Source of the DNA: Amoebidium appalachense
Lineage: Eukaryota; Protista; Ichthyosporea
Direction: 5' to 3'
Assembly: GCA_963693365.1 (NCBI GenBank)
Contig: CAVNZM010000007.1
Location: 1,225,979-1,289,978, forward strand
DNA: 64,000 nt
Positions 1-38,132 of this stretch are shown here, piece after piece; within the stretch, counting starts at the first letter, position 1; each line of letters opens with the position of its first letter. Below the pieces are notes generated by a model. It made no database searches. It had not been told where the DNA came from and worked only from the letters and a program-made list of their open reading frames with translations. Position numbers and translations under genes: made by a program.

Positions 1-17162
<17,162 letters not shown>

Positions 17163-17290
17163 GTTGGTGTTGGCAGCCTCTCAGGCTTTTGCACGGCCAG
17201 AATCGAGAGCTTCTATAACTACCGCTAAACCATGAACACAACAACTCAAAGTGAAAGTGAAAAGCTCGAGTACATAGATATCAAACGGCC

Positions 17291-17318
17291 GGTTTGCGCA
17301 AACATGTTTGCGCAAACC
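17291..17318. promoter_or_regulatory. Perfect 28-bp palindrome GGTTTGCGCAAACATGTTTGCGCAAACC with two TTGCGCAA sites, about 130 bp upstream of the CWF19L2 ATG
   Basis: The palindrome is read directly. TTGCGCAA is the C/EBP-type bZIP consensus. A regulatory role is inferred from position only. Confidence 0.45.
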
Positions 17319-17629
17319 CTCGGCCGGTTCCCCTAGATCTCGGCCGTCTCGAAAGTTCTATTTTTAGCTTTCTATTTTCAGTAACACCCTGTACTGTCGG
17401 TAGCATCACTACCCTCTTCAGGGGGGGGGGGGGGGGCTGCTAGGCTAATCGTGTATCGTAGAAAGGTTTGGGGAGCCCGGGAGGAGGGGGGCGGGGGGAC
17501 GGGGGGGGGGGGAGGGGGGGGGGGGGCGCGGGGAGAGGCAGACGGAGGAGAGGAGGAGAAGGGTAGGGACATGTGGTGTTGGTGATCTGTGTGTGTGTGT
17601 GGGGGGGGGGGGGGGGGGGGGGGGGGGGA

Positions 17630-17664
<35 letters not shown>

Positions 17665-17675
17665 GGGGTTGGGAA

Positions 17676-17709
<34 letters not shown>

Positions 17710-18356
17710 GTCACAATCCCATAAATAAAATTTTCCCAGCCTTTGGTGCTTTCCCTTTTCCCTGGTCTTCCATGATTTTTGCGCAGGTTTGGATGGCCAC
17801 TTACGGGGAGCACGACCCGTGTTCGACCACATGTGTACAAGTCTTAGAGGGCCTGAGGGAGAAATTTGAAACTCGACTGACCAACCATTTATAATAGTGG
17901 TGGGAGCACCGATGCATATGCCATGATGATACTTAAATTTAAAACCTTTGCAATATGGTTGCAGCACCAATGGAATGCTAGGTTTTAAACCCTTAAACAG
18001 CCATGTGTTAGCTGCATTCGCCCCAAATAAAGTACTCGCGATATTCCTACTATTTTATCGTGTTTTTAAACCTTTTTTGCGCACCAAAACTTCCCGCCAA
18101 AATTTCCATATATGGCTAAAAAAAAGTCAAATCGCGCGAATTATTAGTCGATGCCAATATACTTGAGATTGCAATATTCCTACTTTATTGTTTTATAAAA
18201 TACATTGATCTTAATTATGTGCATTACAGCTGTTGATCGATCACACTTTGGTCTTAGGCCGAGTCTACAGTTATTCTTGGCATTGTTTTTGATGCTGTCA
18301 GCTCTTTACAATAACCAATGTGTGCACTGCACCCCCCCCCCCTTTTTCCCTCCCCC

Positions 18357-18399
<43 letters not shown>

Positions 18400-18578
18400 G
18401 GACGAGGAGGGACAGGCAGTGACCGGTGTTGCGGGCAGAAGTGTACATGTGAGCCACATTACTAATTTTCCCGGTTATTTTCAAATTTCACAAGCTGCAA
18501 GTGTTTCTTTATTTCTATTTGGCTCGAGTGCTTAACCACACCTTCACATTAGCCCTGCATGAAGGCACGTGACTCGCA

Positions 18579-19093
18579 GAGGGCCCAACCACATCGGCAG
18601 AGTCAACTTGCTAGAAGCAGAATTATTGTGCAAAAGCGGAATTATTCTGCAAAAAGCAGAATTATTATTATTCTGCAAAAAGCAGAATCAATCTGCTAAA
18701 AGCAGAATTATTCTGCAAAAGTAGAATCAATCTGCTAAAAGCAGAATCAATCTGCTAAAAGCAGAATCACTCTGCAAAGAGCAGAATATTCTGCTAAAAG
18801 CAGAATTATTCTGCTAAAAGCAGAATATTCTGCTGAATTATTCTGCTAAAAGCAGAATATTCTGCTGTCGAACGCAGAAATGATTCTGCTTTTAGCGGAA
18901 AAGCAGAATAATTCTGCTAAAAGGAAAGTGATTCTGCTAAAAGCAGAGTGATTCTGCTACAAGCAGAGTGATTCTGCTTTTGCAGAATAATTCTGCTAAA
19001 AGAAGAGTGATTCTGCTTTTGCAGAATAATTCTGCTTTTTGCAGAATAATTCTGCTTTTAGCAAGTTGACTCTGTCGATGTGGTTGGGTCCTT
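18579..19093. mobile_element. Non-autonomous fold-back DNA transposon (MITE-like) whose long TIRs are built from palindromic ~20-bp subrepeats
   Basis: The left end GAGGGCCCAACCACATCGGCAGAGTCAACTTGCT is nearly the reverse complement of the right end AGCAAGTTGACTCTGTCGATGTGGTTGGGTCCTT. The interior is an array of AAAAGCAGAATTATTCTGC units that switch orientation midway. It is flanked by the direct repeat CGCA (18575-18578 and 19094-19097), extendable to TCGCAG with slightly different termini. Confidence 0.88.
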
Positions 19094-19701
19094 CGCAGGC
19101 CTATTTGGCCCAATATGTAGGCATACGCTTGCCATATCTAAGCAGCTAGACCGAGGCTCAGAAAGTGTTATGAGTATACATTGCTATGTGTCAAGTCATA
19201 AATCACCATTCACCTACAGATCTCTTCCTCCCCACTTCCATTACCACTATTTGCCCCATTCGTCATATGAATTTTTTTCCCCTGGCCTGGCCGTACCCAC
19301 CATCCCTCCCATCCCACTCACCATCCCTGTTGATATCTTTACCGTAAGGCATGTTATCTCCCCTATCCCCCATTCATAACCATCTCCATACTCCTTCTCT
19401 TCATATTCTCCGGCCCATTTTTCTCCCATGTCAACCACATCATAACCATTTCTAGCCACTTTTTCTCCATGTTTTCTTACCCGTTTTTCTTCCATATCCC
19501 CCATCATATCTCTTGTGTTGAGGTGGATATTAATATTCTTCATCCTCTCTCTAAGGCATATGCACTTTCTTGTGTTGTCTGTGCCGGTGGGTTTGATGTT
19601 TGTTTGGGTGGTGGCTGCGACTTTTGGCTCCGTACATGCTCTTTTTTCGCGGGCTGCACAAAAGACAGGGGGGAAGAAGGTGTGTGTGTGTGTGTGACAG
19701 T

Positions 19702-19732
<31 letters not shown>

Positions 19733-19955
19733 GGGGGGGGGAGGATGGAGTTAGTGTGTGCGGGTGCAGGTAAAAACGTGTTTGAAGAATGTGGGACATT
19801 GCATACACAGGCTCTATCAAACATTGACATAGTTTCACATCAAAGGAGCGAGGCCCTAGAGATTACATACAAGGGTCAATCACACGGTTACATTACTAGT
19901 AATGAAGAAATTACGGAAGGGGGAGTTGCATATAGATTGGTTAGCTGGGGAGGCG

Positions 19956-20005
<50 letters not shown>

Positions 20006-20107
20006 ATTGCATACAGAGTTACTGTATGATAGCATAATCTTTTTTTTTTTTAAGTGGGGATGTGCGGGCGGGGCGCGGGCGGGCGGGCGGGCGGGCGGAC
20101 GGACGGG

Positions 20108-20146
<39 letters not shown>

Positions 20147-20420
20147 GGGGAGGGGAGAGGGGGCGGAGAGGAGGGAGGGGGGGGGACGTACAGTAGCGAT
20201 AGACCACTGCGCCAGCCGCGGCACTCTGCCTGGACAGAATGTAGGCATGGGTCTCACACGATATGTCGGGCCACCAGCTGAAAAACGCACAGTCCCCCCT
20301 CTCGTTGCAATACCCAAAGCACTGTTCGTGAGTCCGTGCCACGTATGCGTAGGATTGAGCCCCAACTGTGACAGGGTGACATTTGACGTTGGTGAGGTAT
20401 TGAGTTACCCCCAGCACTGG

Positions 20421-20746
20421 GAGGGCCCAACCACATCAGCTGAGTCAACTTGCTCCGAGCAGAATTATTCTGCAAAAAGCAAAATTATTCTGCAAAAAGC
20501 AGAATCATTCTGCAAAAAGCAGAATTATTCCGCAAAAGCAGAATCAACTGCTAAAAGCAGAATTATTCTGCAAAAGCAGAATCAATCTGCTAAAAGCAGA
20601 ATCACTCTGCTAAAAGCAGAATCAATCTGCTAAACGCAGAATTATTCTGCTGTCGAAAGCAGAATGACTTTATAATTCTGTTAAAAGCAGAATAATTCTG
20701 CTGTTGCAGAATAATTCTGCTTTGTGCAGAATAATTCTGCTTTTTC
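20421..20746. mobile_element. Second, one-ended copy of the same fold-back element
   Basis: It starts GAGGGCCCAACCACATCAGCTGAGTCAACTTGCT and continues into the same subrepeat array. The right terminus is missing. Confidence 0.85.
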
Positions 20747-21091
20747 AACGTTATGTTCAAAAAAAACACATTCAACATTGGATTTATTTGGACACTACCA
20801 CATACAGTGGTAGTCTTTTTGAAACATCATTCCCGATATATCTAATATTTGGATATCTCAAGTTTGCATTCCTGCATATCTGCCATCATATTATCCTCAG
20901 GCACCGCTGGATTCATATCTTCCATCTGGCTATCTCGGGGCCTCATATCCTGGTCATTCATTAATGCCGGGACAGGATTTAATCAATGTAGCAAACCCTA
21001 AAATAAAAAAAAGGCCCTTCTAACACGATCGACCCACAAGTTCATGTGGTTCTAGCAGGAAAACTAGCAAACAACTCTTGCCGTTCGCCCA

Positions 21092-21150
<59 letters not shown>

Positions 21151-21216
21151 ACGTACGTGCACGTGCACGTGCACTCACGTGTGTATGTGTGTGCGTGTTG
21201 GCGTGCGTGTGTGTGC

Positions 21217-21251
<35 letters not shown>

Positions 21252-21444
21252 TGTGTATGCGAGCGTGCGTGCAGGCACGCGCGAGCGTGTGCGTGTGTCC
21301 GTAAGTGAGTGTGTGCGCATGTCTGTGCCGGTGGTGGGTGCATGTGCCCTAAACCCCTGCTATTTATTTAAAAAAAAAAAAAAATAGAGAGAGAGAAGCA
21401 TGATCAGAAGGAGGTGAGAGGTAGTGGTGGTGGTGGTGGTGTAT

Positions 21445-21475
<31 letters not shown>

Positions 21476-21628
21476 GGGGGGGGGGGAGGGGGGAGGGGGG
21501 GGGGGGGGGGATGGGAATGGTGGCAGTGACAAGAAAATAGTAGCGGTTGGCACCAATCAGAATATTCCCAAGTAAGAAAAAAAGCACGATAAGAGATAAA
21601 GTGAAAATTTGCAAAAATTTACACAGCC

Positions 21629-21753
21629 TTAAAACTGATTTGTCAGTTGGCGAATCTTCTCCGGGGTAAGTGGACGTGCCAGTTCGGCATAGATGTCTCT
21701 GGGCATGAGAGTCATGGTGAGTGTGTTGCCGCACTTGTCCATGACTGTTTGTA

Positions 21754-21828
<75 letters not shown>

Positions 21829-22390
21829 ATGTATACGGGAGGGGGAGGGGAGGAGGGTGTGGAGGGGGGGCGGGGAGAAGGGGAGGTTCCCGGAATAAAG
21901 AATGTTACATTAGTTTATTTAGGTGTAATATCCAAAAAGAGGGTAGAAATGAAAATGGGAGCCGATTAAGTAACCATAGGGGGCGAGGAGGAGGAGAGTT
22001 GCGGAAGGGGGGAGGGTGTGTGTGTGTGTATGGGTGTCATCATAATTTCACGTGTGATAACCTGATTCACGTTGATTATCTTTGGGCTGCACAGGCATGC
22101 CCATCCCCCTCCCCTCCCCCCACCTCCCCTCCCCCCCCCTGCGCACGCCAAAGGCAAAAAAAAAAGAAAAAAAAAACCTATAAACAAATAAATGAAAAAA
22201 AAATATGATACTAGAAAAAAGCAAACTTACATAACAGCGCACTGTATGCTTTGCAGATATATTTTAAAGCTTCTAATTAGGGCTGGTTGGAGGGAAAATG
22301 GGGTGTCGGTGAATTGGTAACGAGCGCCCCGTGGGGGGGGGGAGGGAGAAAGGTGGGGGGGGGGGGGGGGGGGGGAAGGGATGGGGAGGG

Positions 22391-22431
<41 letters not shown>

Positions 22432-25226
22432 GAGACAGAGGGGGAAGGACGAGGGCTGGGTGGGGTGGGTGGATCGTATCCTTGTTCATTTCGAGCATGC
22501 AACAAAATAAAAGGATGGAAGATGGTGTGGGATGGGGGGTGGGGGTGGGTGGAGAGGGGGATGGAGAAATTACAGGTGCAGTTGAACGAGGCGCAAGACG
22601 TCTAAAAAGTGTGGTGGGAAGGTGGGGGAAAGGTGGTTGGGGGGGAGATGGGGTGGGGGGGATGGGAGAGAAAAATGGCTGTAGGATAGGGGGAGGGGGG
22701 AGAGGGGGGAGGGGGGGCGGTTGTTTGGGGGTGTGGAAGAAATTGATTTTTTTATTTTTTTTATTTTTTTTTGGGGGGGGGGGGGAGGGAGGGGGGGGGG
22801 GGGGGGTTTCAAGACGTACCTTCGAGCATCTCCTTTGTGTCCAGACCCACCACACTCCACCCACACAGCTCCACTGCAAACCATCATGTGGTGGTGAGAC
22901 TAATGATTCCCCATACTAGAAAAATAGAATAAGCCCCCCCCCCCCCCCCTCTCCCCCCCTCCCCCCTCCCCCTCTTCCTCCTGCCACATGATCTAGACAT
23001 TTTTGCTGACTTTTGCGAACCATTCACTCCTATCCACTGCTCATCCCCCCCCCCCTCCACCCCCTTTTCCCCCTCCTCTCCCGGCAGCGCAACTAATCCG
23101 CTCCCTTCTACATGCATCAAAGACAAAGAGGGAGGTTTTTCAATGCAGGGATGACAACGGGATCCATGGTGACTTGGTTAGTGGGATAAAATGGTTCAAT
23201 AAGAGTCACATACTTGCATGTGTTCCAGTTTGGGTTCTGGTGAAGGTCACATTTTTGCTCGGATGTGGTATGAGTAGTGGGTGACGGTGGGGAATTTGGG
23301 AGTGATGGGAGGTTGCAAGGAGGGAAGGGGGGGGGGGGGGGGGGGGGGGGGGGGAGGAAGGGGGGAAGGGGGCGCGTGTAAGGATGATAGCACGAAGGGG
23401 AAGTGAGAGAAGAGGAGAGGGTATAGATTGGATGGCGGTAAGAGGGTGGAGTCGAGGGTTGGGGGAGGGGGGAGGGGGGAAGGGGGGGGGGGGGGGGGGG
23501 GGAGGTTAAGGAAAAGGGCGTGTGATTGTCGAAAGAGAGAGAGAGAGAATGTGTGTGTTTGTGGGGGGGGGCAGGGGGCCCGGGGGGGGGGGGGGGGGGG
23601 CACGCGCTTGTGTGCGTGTCCGTGCAAAAACTTTAAAATGCATGAACACAAAACAGAAACCAAAGCAATTGTGCATTCAGAGAAGGCTGCAACAGACTTC
23701 AACCTCTCGCTTGGGGGGGAGGGGGGGGGGGGGGGGGAGGGGGGGCTAGGGGAGGTGGGGCTGGGCATGCGTGTGGGCGTGGGGTCGGAGGGAGGGCCCG
23801 GGGAGGAGAGGGGGCAGGCGGTGGCCAACGGGGGGGGGGGGGGATGGGGGGGAGAGGGGGGTAAGGGATCCAACATACCAATAAAGTGATCGGCAGGGAC
23901 GTTTGTCTTGTCAGCCAGTGACCCGGCCACCACCTGCCTTATTAGGTTGGACTGCAGGTAGAGGCCCACCTTGGCCCCACTGGTGCGGTCTAGGCGGTAG
24001 GTGCTGCAGTGGGGCCTGGAATGCACTAGAAGGGTGACGTCACTGGCCGTCTGAAGGGCCATCGTGGCCTGCTTGGATGAGCAGAGGGACATGTCGGTGC
24101 CGTTCATCTGGGGCGGTTGAAGAAGGGTTTAGTTAAGTTTTCCGGCGTTTCTTCAAGTTCCTTTTACTATTATGTATTTATTTTATTTTTATTTTTCTCT
24201 TTTTTTGGGTGGGGCTGGGGGGAGGGGGGGGGGGGGGGGGGATGGGAGAGGCGAGGGAGGGCGGGCGGGCAGGCGGGGAGGGGAGGGGGGGGGGGATCTG
24301 GGGTGGATAAGGTGGGTGTTATGTATTCAATTATTATGTGTTTTTTTGTTTGGTTGGAGGGGGGAGGGGGGGGGGGTCGGAGGGAGGGGGGGGGGGGGAA
24401 GAGGTGGGGGGAGAGGGGGAGGTTGCCTCGAGGGGGGAGGGGGAGAGGGGGAGGCGGGTATTGTGTGGGTTGTTGGGTGGAAGAGAGGGTGGGGTTTAAT
24501 GATGGGCAACGTCACGGTGTGAATTACAATTACATACCACAGGCACAGGAAAATGCACGGTGTGGGACACAAGCACACACACAATCCCCTCCGCTCCCCC
24601 TTCCCCCTTGCCCCCCTCCCCCCCCCCCCCCCCCCCCCCCCACACACACACACAAAAATAAAGAGGACACGCGCACACCTGCAAGCGCGCGCACACACAC
24701 ACAGCCACACACACAAATTCACACACACACAGCCACACACACAAATACACACACACTGTCTTCCTCAAACGCCTTCAATTATGTATTGGAAAATCACGCT
24801 ATCAAACGAACTTACCTGTTTTTTTCTTGAAAGAAAAGCAGGAAATACAAAGAGTATTCATGAACCAATGAAACCACCTTGCCCCCCATCCTCCCTCCCC
24901 CTCCCCACCTCCCCCGCCCCCCAAATCCAACCCAAAGTAAAAGAGACAATGGTCCCCTACATCAACACACAGACACACACACACACACGGTCTGCCCCTC
25001 CCGTCTCCCCCTTTCTCTTGCCCTCTGCACTCGACACAACCCCTAAGCACCCTCCCCCCCCCCCCCTCCCCCTTCCCGCCCCATACCCCTCTCCCCCCGG
25101 CTCCATCAAATGCAATATTCCCCCCCTACCCCCCCCCCCCCCCCCCCCCCCCTGCCCACATCCCCTCCCCACCCCTCTTCCCCCTGCCCCCCCCCCCCCC
25201 CCCCGCCCACATCCCCTCCCCCCCCC

Positions 25227-25257
<31 letters not shown>

Positions 25258-25423
25258 ACGATCACACATACCTCCAACACCAAATCTCCAAACCTCAGCC
25301 CCTTGTGCCAGGCCACCGACTGATACCTGACACAACAGAGCATTAACCGGCCCTGAACAGTGGACATGGCGATACCAAACCCCTTCTGCCCTCGAGACAT
25401 CTGCACTTCTGGTGTGTGTGTGC

Positions 25424-25473
<50 letters not shown>

Positions 25474-25488
25474 ACGTGTGTGTGTGTG

Positions 25489-25523
<35 letters not shown>

Positions 25524-26428
25524 CGTGTGTGTGCGTGCGCACACGTGTGCATGGATGGCATCGGGTACAGTGAATATTCTGAAAAATGAAATGCTTTTGT
25601 GTGCTGCAGCATTGAGTGAGTGTGCGCCCAAGTCATCAACAAGAAAGGGAAGGGGGAGAAGCTGGGTGATGGTATATACAAATCAGGCCACCATAAATGT
25701 TGTGCGATTACCATTATTGACTGGGTACATGCGGTAAACATAATTAGTAGTGTACGTGGTTGTGAAAGAAACCAATCACCTGTGGGCGTGGGCGTTACCA
25801 ATCAAAATCGTGATAGGGTCTAGTGCAATATTTTTTTCTAATGCACCCATAAGTTTGTTTTAGGCTTTCACCCAATAATTTCTCTTTTTATAAATACAGA
25901 CTAATCGTAAAAGAAGACAAGGGAACAATCTTATAGAGCAAGCACAACACTTACACACCGGCAGGCACATTATATATAGATATCCCACTTACCAAAAATC
26001 TTCTCTCTATCCAACCCCGCTTCCTCCTTCTGAACCGTCTGAACTGCCGTCGGCTCCCCACCACCAACACATTTTTGCGCAAAAAGATTCATGTTGGCAC
26101 CATCGTTAAAGAAAAACGGGTCGTTTTCGTAATCGACAGGTACATCCTCCTGATCGAAAGACAAAACCACACTCTCAGCCGGCGGTACATCATGCAGCGC
26201 ATATTCGCAAATATCAAAATCGTTTATCTCGCAAATTTCTATCCCGAGCATGCTGGATAACTCCTCCTCCGACGGTCTCTGGCGCATGAGTGGGTCCGGG
26301 ACCAACTCATCCATTTCAATGTCGTATGATTTTGCATCTTCTTTGATTGATATATATACCCCCGTGTGATATCCCGAGTCATTTTCGCTTTCCTCCTCCT
26401 CCTCCTCTAAATCGTTGTCCTGGATCAT
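21629..26428 (-). CDS. SDCBP: Syntenin-like tandem PDZ protein; 5 coding exons
   Basis: Exons 26428-25993, 25408-25272, 24107-23879, 22873-22820 and 21744-21629 join in phase with GT-AG sites. The product reads ...[15 protein letters not shown]...[13 protein letters not shown]...[41 protein letters not shown]..., matching syntenin PDZ1 (GLRFGDQVLQING), PDZ2 and the C-terminus. Confidence 0.85.
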
Positions 26429-26553
26429 AATTTGCTGGAGATATGCCGGCGCACCGCTGTGTGTGACTGATCGAGGCCACTGTTGCGGTAAAGGGAAAAA
26501 AATGAGTTAACTTACCAGTTTCGTTGCGTGAACAAAAAAATGTTGTTGACCAG

Positions 26554-26591
<38 letters not shown>

Positions 26592-26829
26592 CCCCCCCCC
26601 CCCCCCCCCCCCCCCACCCCCCAAATCTCCCGGAGAGATGCCATCGGATTTACACTTCTCCCACCACCCCCTCAATCATCTCTCCTCTCCTCGGTGCCAA
26701 GCACAGTACCCCCCCCCCCCTCCCCCCCAACACATTTCACATGCAAGCTGCCTAAGAATTTCAAATTCTAGGCATGATTTGCTAGTCTGCCCCTTATAGC
26801 CTCTGGAACCTAATATGGTCGAACGCCAT

Positions 26830-27330
26830 GTGTGCACTATCTTCCTCTCCAATCCCTATCTTCACGTCAAGTCAGGGGGTATTTCAGCTTCCACGTCAAA
26901 GGGTACTTCGCCAACACAATATGCCGTTTTTTGTGTGTTCAAATTTCTCTCATGCCGGTGCAACTAGTGGTGGAGAAACTGAATGCCATATTCGCAAGCT
27001 GCAGCGTGCGAATGTCTTCAATGACACGAAATCTAGAAATGATTGCTCAAGAAGCTTTTGGGGCTATTTCAAGCATGTTGACACGAAAAAGTTGTAACAC
27101 GCAATCACGCTTGATTTTCAAGATGAAGCTGTGTGTCTATATTTGCCATTCTATTTTTAAAGCATCACATTTATTAATTTAGTGCAACCCCCACACAAAG
27201 TGACAAAGTTTGTGACCAGGAATAAAGGAAGTAACACTCGTGCAGCATACATATGCGGCTGCATGCATATGCGTTTGAGTACACGCCTTACCTTACTACC
27301 AGCACATGGCAGTTGCAACTCCCCCTCTTT
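26830..27330 (+). pseudogene. Probable degenerate Mutator/MULE transposase fragment with a SWIM zinc finger
   Basis: Frameshifted pieces read ...NFSHAGATSG/VEKLNAIF... (resembling the MULE TxNxxEsxN motif) and ...YICGCMH/..ALPYYQHMAVA (resembling SWIM CxC...LPCxH). No TIRs identified. Confidence 0.4.
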
Positions 27331-28640
27331 GAAACCACCACGAAAATGGCTGCGGTGTGCTTCAAAGACATCTTGCTTGAACTCCAGTGAGGTGCCACCC
27401 ACACGTGTGTCGAACAAGCAGGGGACTTGCGCCCCACTCTCTGTGGCCGAACCCATAGTCACGCTCTCCCTATTCCTCATTGCACACACATGATAAAGCA
27501 CAGCTCTTGTCTAGTTACACAACTACAAGGACAAGCAGTGCCGGAAATGTTCTCGCGAAAAAAATGCACGAAATTGTGACAGTTCACCGTGCACGAATCA
27601 AGGAGACACGTGCATGCATGCCTTGGTTGCATGCTTGACCTATGCTCTCTGCCTATGTTGTGTGCATGGCAAAACGTCCTTGACTTAACCCCTAGAAGGG
27701 ACATTGAAGCATAACCGAAACTTCCCCCCAAAATGAGATTTGCCAAGGTTTCCTTGCTTCATACTCAGATTTCCACCTGAACACTTTTTTCGTTTTCTCG
27801 TTCTTTTTATTCAAGGCCCAGATGGTGATCAATCAGAGTGAAGGGATCCCCCAACACTTCCTAGTGGGGGGACGATCGTATGTCCGTACCTTCGCTCCCG
27901 GGAATTTGAGACACCGTTTTCGTATGTGTATAACAGTATGTAACTAGTAAATACGAAAAATGAAGTATCATTATACCACAATCTCCAATAATAGTGTAGA
28001 TTGTTCGATTTTTACTATATGTAAGGCAAGTTGCAGTCCTATGTCTGTAACGGAATTTCACTTGGCCAAAAACCCGAAACTGGAGAAATGTAACTCCTCC
28101 ATACGACTCGCCCCACACATATGGGTTTTGGGGGATCCAGTGAAGATAATAGAGACGACGATGTGAATTTTAAGAAGGAAGGTTGGCGTGATATATAGAA
28201 CTTTAAAAAATAACTGGTCGATACAAAACTTTTAACTAATGATTTGAGACTTTATGAGATTTCGATTGGTGCAAACGCTTTCTAGATCCATGAGCTGCTT
28301 GCCAGCTCTTACGTAACACGATCTTGAGGCCTGGCCAATAGGAAAAGTCGAGGTGGTGCCGTGTGGACCAATAAAAGCATTGAAGATGCTTTTTGCTGGC
28401 TAACACGCGTACGTGATTTTGTGCAACCTCCTTGCAGCGTGCGCGCATGCACAAGGCAGCAAAGTAGGTACGTGTCCGTGCGTTGTCGTGGCCATTGCGT
28501 TTCCTCATGCTTTCCCTGGCCATAATAATTTGCTTCAACTTGAATCAACACGGGCAACCTCAGGGACGGTAAAGGGGCCGTGTTCACTTCGCGGAAATTT
28601 CCCATGCCCTTTTTTTCTATTAGTCGGCTTTAGCACGTGC

Positions 28641-28704
<64 letters not shown>

Positions 28705-29522
28705 TACATGTGACACAGATGCACACAATCTATCTAAATCTCTCTTTCTCTCGCTCGCACGCTTTGATAACGATAAAAAATCGTCACACCATTGCCCTCA
28801 CGCGTACCTTTAAACACAAATGGAATCCAGTCCGAAAGTTCGGGACAAGTGGTGTATATAGCCCTCTTAAACAGGGACCACATATTTATCACAGATACAC
28901 AGTTGATGTATTACAAAAGGAACACCAATTCATCGTGTGCATGTAATTGTGGAGGCCCAATATCGCTTCGCCATGAAGCGGCTTTTTCATACGAAAAATA
29001 AATCAGGGCTCAGTGTCTTTTAAGTTTTGTCACACTATTATAAATGGACGACCCTCAAATCGCATGTTTTTAGCACTAGTACTAGCAGCAGAGATGTGCA
29101 GAATGCTTCGATAATTATTGTTTGAATGCACTAATTATTGCACTGTGCATGCATGTTGGGCGTATAACATGTTGTATATGACATTGTGGCTGTGTGCACA
29201 ATTTGAGCACACATTTGCTTTAGGTGAGGTGACTTCCTGTGTTTGTAGGTATTAGGTGAAAAGCACATTCGTGGATGCCAGAGGACGAACATATTCATAA
29301 ACAAACGATGCTATGTCAGAAAAAGTTCCAAGACTTTCGTCATTCGATAAGCCAATACACGCAAGTGTTGGTGGGTAGTAGTGTGAGTGTGTGTATGTCC
29401 GTGTGCGTGCATGTTTTCGTGCACATACATTTTCACAGTAAGGATGTTTTGCGCGTAGAGTTTTGTGAACAGGGTAAAGAGAAAGGCGAACAGACTCCTA
29501 GGGGGGAGGGGGGGGGGGGGGG

Positions 29523-29759
29523 TGATGTATGCGTTAGAGGGTTAGAAATATGGAGGAGACAACAAAGAGCAACAACAAAGCGTCACAAAGGTGGGAAATC
29601 CAAAATCAAACAATTTAAGCGTGCAGGCAGAAGACACTTGAACAGAGCCCATCATCAGGGGGGTTCCTGTGCCTCCACAAAAGCATGGGTTTCGACTCTT
29701 TAACCTCTCGCGCGTGGTTCCCAACCCATGCTTTGTTTCAACAGCAATAGGCGAGTCCA
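29523..29759 (-). mobile_element. Dispersed repeat, copy C; 5'-truncated, starting about 125 nt downstream of the slingshot stop codon
   Basis: Near-identical to 12645-12880. It ends abruptly at ...GGCGAGTCCA next to a G-tract, so it lacks the 5' closing arm and first hairpin. Confidence 0.8.
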
Positions 29760-29882
29760 GGGGGGGGGGGGAGGGGGGGGGGAGAAAGGGCAAAAGGGGG
29801 AAAGGGAGCGACAAGGGGAGGGAGGCAGAAGGGAAGGACATGCAAGAGGATTTTGTTGCGAGGAGCGAAGGAAAAGGGGAGA

Positions 29883-38132
<8,250 letters not shown>

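Noticed and set aside
18610-19060. Regular palindromic ~20-bp repeats resembling a CRISPR array
   Set aside because: There are no unique spacers and no cas genes, the context is eukaryotic, and the array is enclosed by TIRs and a TSD.
20019-20633. ORFs overlapping the unique stretch 20196-20420
   Set aside because: There is no recognisable protein motif or exon chain, and the ORF length comes from G-tracts and transposon subrepeats.
25780-25820. Possible extra syntenin exon (..[12 protein letters not shown]..)
   Set aside because: It would break the reading phase, whereas exons 1 and 2 join in frame without it.
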